A stretch of DNA of 48,445 nt. Source: an uncultured Nitrososphaerota archaeon (GTDB lineage: Archaea; Korarchaeota; Korarchaeia; Korarchaeales; Korarchaeaceae). Of this stretch, positions 46,885 to 48,445 are shown in pieces. The stretch spans positions 1-48,445 of the forward strand of contig CAZUBM010000016.1 in NCBI GenBank assembly GCA_964618805.1, read 5' to 3'. How positions within the stretch are numbered: the stretch's first letter is position 1; every line of letters starts with the position of its first letter. Both the position numbers and the translations under genes were made by a program. The notes beneath the pieces were generated by a model. That model made no database searches. It was not told the origin of the DNA and saw only the letters and a list, made by a program, of their open reading frames with translations.

Positions 46885-47268
46885 CTAAATAGTTGATAGC
46901 TTTGCAGATCCTAACTTCTTTCCAACTCCCAGTCCATCGTAGAGAATAATGCAGGGATCCAGCATCTTCCTGAATATTTGGTCATGAAGTTCCTCTAAGG
47001 AAAGGGCAACAATATCGACAGGTAGTCCTTCTGGCCTGATCCTTATGAGTTCGTAGAGTAAAGCCAGTTTATCTTCTATTTCTGGTAGTATGACAGCTAC
47101 ATCGAAATCACTCGACTCTCTGGCCTTTCCTGAAGCCCTACTTCCAAAGAGAAGGATTGTAGATTTGCGTCCGAGCTTAGCCTTTAGCTTCTCAACGTAA
47201 GCGCTGAATTTTTCCTCATACTCCATGATTGAAGCCCTTCTCCTCAAGAGGTAAGTCTTCTTGCCCAA
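46885..47268 (-). CDS. MNT nucleotidyltransferase
   Basis: LLFGSRASGKARESSDFDV and PVDIV motifs. TTG 47268 follows GAGGTGA; ATG 47226 is an alternative start. Confidence 0.9.
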   Translation of the reverse strand: MGKKTYLLRRRASIMEYEEKFSAYVEKLKAKLGRKSTILLFGSRASGKARESSDFDVAVILPEIEDKLALLYELIRIRPEGLPVDIVALSLEELHDQIFRKMLDPCIILYDGLGVGKKLGSAKLSTI

Positions 47269-47615
47269 CCAAGGATCACCTCTGCGTGCTTTAAGCATAG
47301 CTCGGCTCTCCTTTCATTGTATTCAATGGCTCTTCTCCCTGGATATCGGGAGGTTAAGTAATGAGGTGTAAGCAACTCCGCTGACTCATAGATTTCTGAA
47401 GGAACTTCCTCACCTATGCCCTTTATCTCCTCTAGGAGTTCCACTAGGTCATGGGTAAAAGGAAAGAAACCCACTTTGTCTGCTAGTATGCCTTTAAGGT
47501 AGAATTCTACTGCTTGATGGGAAAGAAAGCATGCTAGCCAATAAACCCCTTTTCCTATGAGATTCCTGGCCTCTGAGATGAGGTCTTCTGCCCTAGAAAC
47601 CCACGAATCCTTCAA
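47244..47615 (-). CDS. HEPN domain protein (PF05168 type)
   Basis: FLSHQAVEFYLKG, FTHDLVEL and HYLTSRYP motifs. Confidence 0.92.
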   Translation of the reverse strand: MKDSWVSRAEDLISEARNLIGKGVYWLACFLSHQAVEFYLKGILADKVGFFPFTHDLVELLEEIKGIGEEVPSEIYESAELLTPHYLTSRYPGRRAIEYNERRAELCLKHAEVILGWARRLTS

Positions 47616-48189
47616 TATTTCCCACCGTCTTCTTTAGCCCTCCGTTAAGAATCCATTTAACCTTTTTAAGGATGTACCAAATATCTTCTGCTCTCTTTAT
47701 GGAATTTAGAGTAGATTGTCAAAGGACGATCTCTCGTACTCTTGGAGACATTTATGATAGCCCAAGGAAAATCGGTAATCGAATCCTTTAAGCAAACCTC
47801 TTGATTTTGCTTTTGGTCTTGCATTACTCATTCTGTTGTTTTTGTTTTTGGAATATTTCTTAACCGTACTCTAAAACGATAAGATGAAGAGGTTTGCTTC
47901 TTCAACTTGTCTCAAAAAGGATATGGACTTATGGTGAGTTCGTTTGATCGTATGCAATTTATCAGAACAAACTTTTCTATTTTTTATCTTTTCTTAAGTC
48001 TCTTTTTGATTTTCTCAGCTACTCTGACATACCCCTTTTCTTTAAATCCTCAACTGCTGTCAATGGATAACCAAGCTTCCATTTTAGCTTTGTACAGGGT
48101 ATGATAGCCATAACCTCAAATAGCAGAAGTTGCAGTTCACTAAAGAGTTTTTTGGGGACATAAGCAACCAGAACGTCCCTGATCTCTAC

Positions 48190-48415
48190 AAGAACCTTTC
48201 TCATAAGGCTTACGCTGCTCTCGCTTGAGAACATCGAGATGCTAGATGTAATTTTGAGTGACCACCTCACTACAGTAGAACTAGGGAGAGAGCTTGGGCT
48301 TGACCCTAATGATGCCCTTGAGGTCCTTATGGTGAGAAGGCATGGCGTTGACAAGATATAAGCTTTGACAGGGGCTTCGACCATGTAAAGGGGGTAGAGA
48401 GGAGCCTATCCTGCG
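48190..48415 (+). pseudogene. vapC: VapC/PIN toxin C-terminal remnant
   Basis: Hand translation: LLSLENIEMLDV...ELGLDPNDALEV...HGVDKI / SFDRGFDHVKGVER, with a 1-nt frameshift at ~48358. Confidence 0.75.
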
Positions 48416-48445
48416 GGTTTATGATGTAGATATCCAATCTGTCTT

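Noticed and set aside
48019-48384. 121-aa minus-strand ORF
   Set aside because: It is the antisense shadow of the plus-strand PIN pseudogene and has a Ser-rich, non-protein-like composition.

Overview
Archaeal genomic DNA, probably from a thermophile (GGTGA/GAGGTG ribosome-binding sites, TTTTTAA/TTTATA TATA boxes, AGG/AGA/ATA codons, tungsten AOR genes). I found no rRNA, tRNA, CRISPR array, integrase or transposase. Family assignments come from recognising motifs by eye; no database search was run. The window has four blocks. (1) 1-10.9 kb is a minus-strand tandem array of membrane-anchored beta-propeller surface proteins. It has a shared upstream DNA element, duplication scars, and a two-propeller fusion whose junction is a 14-bp tandem duplication. 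(2) 10.9-15.5 kb is a stand-alone BrxL-like AAA+ ATPase lacking the Lon domain, coupled to an unknown 403-aa partner and flanked by VapBC and HEPN-MNT modules, with no other BREX genes. (3) 15.6-35.7 kb is a ~20-kb nucleobase catabolic cluster. It encodes SsnA, a YgeW-type carbamoyltransferase, a cyclic amidohydrolase, a PreA-like flavoprotein with an altered active site and a BMP-type ABC importer. It also has two tungsten AOR + FeS modules, a HOGA-like aldolase and a LysA-like decarboxylase. It resembles the bacterial anaerobic urate (2,8-dioxopurine) cluster, but AOR-family enzymes stand where xanthine-dehydrogenase-family enzymes are expected. A wHTH-MNT/HEPN pair and a presenilin-like protease are inserted in it. 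(4) 35.8-48.4 kb holds extracellular glycan-related proteins, an archaeal ATPase with a 26-bp palindromic operator, and several intact or decayed toxin-antitoxin modules. The best candidates for undescribed systems are the AOR-based purine/pyrimidine pathway and the solo BrxL two-gene module.
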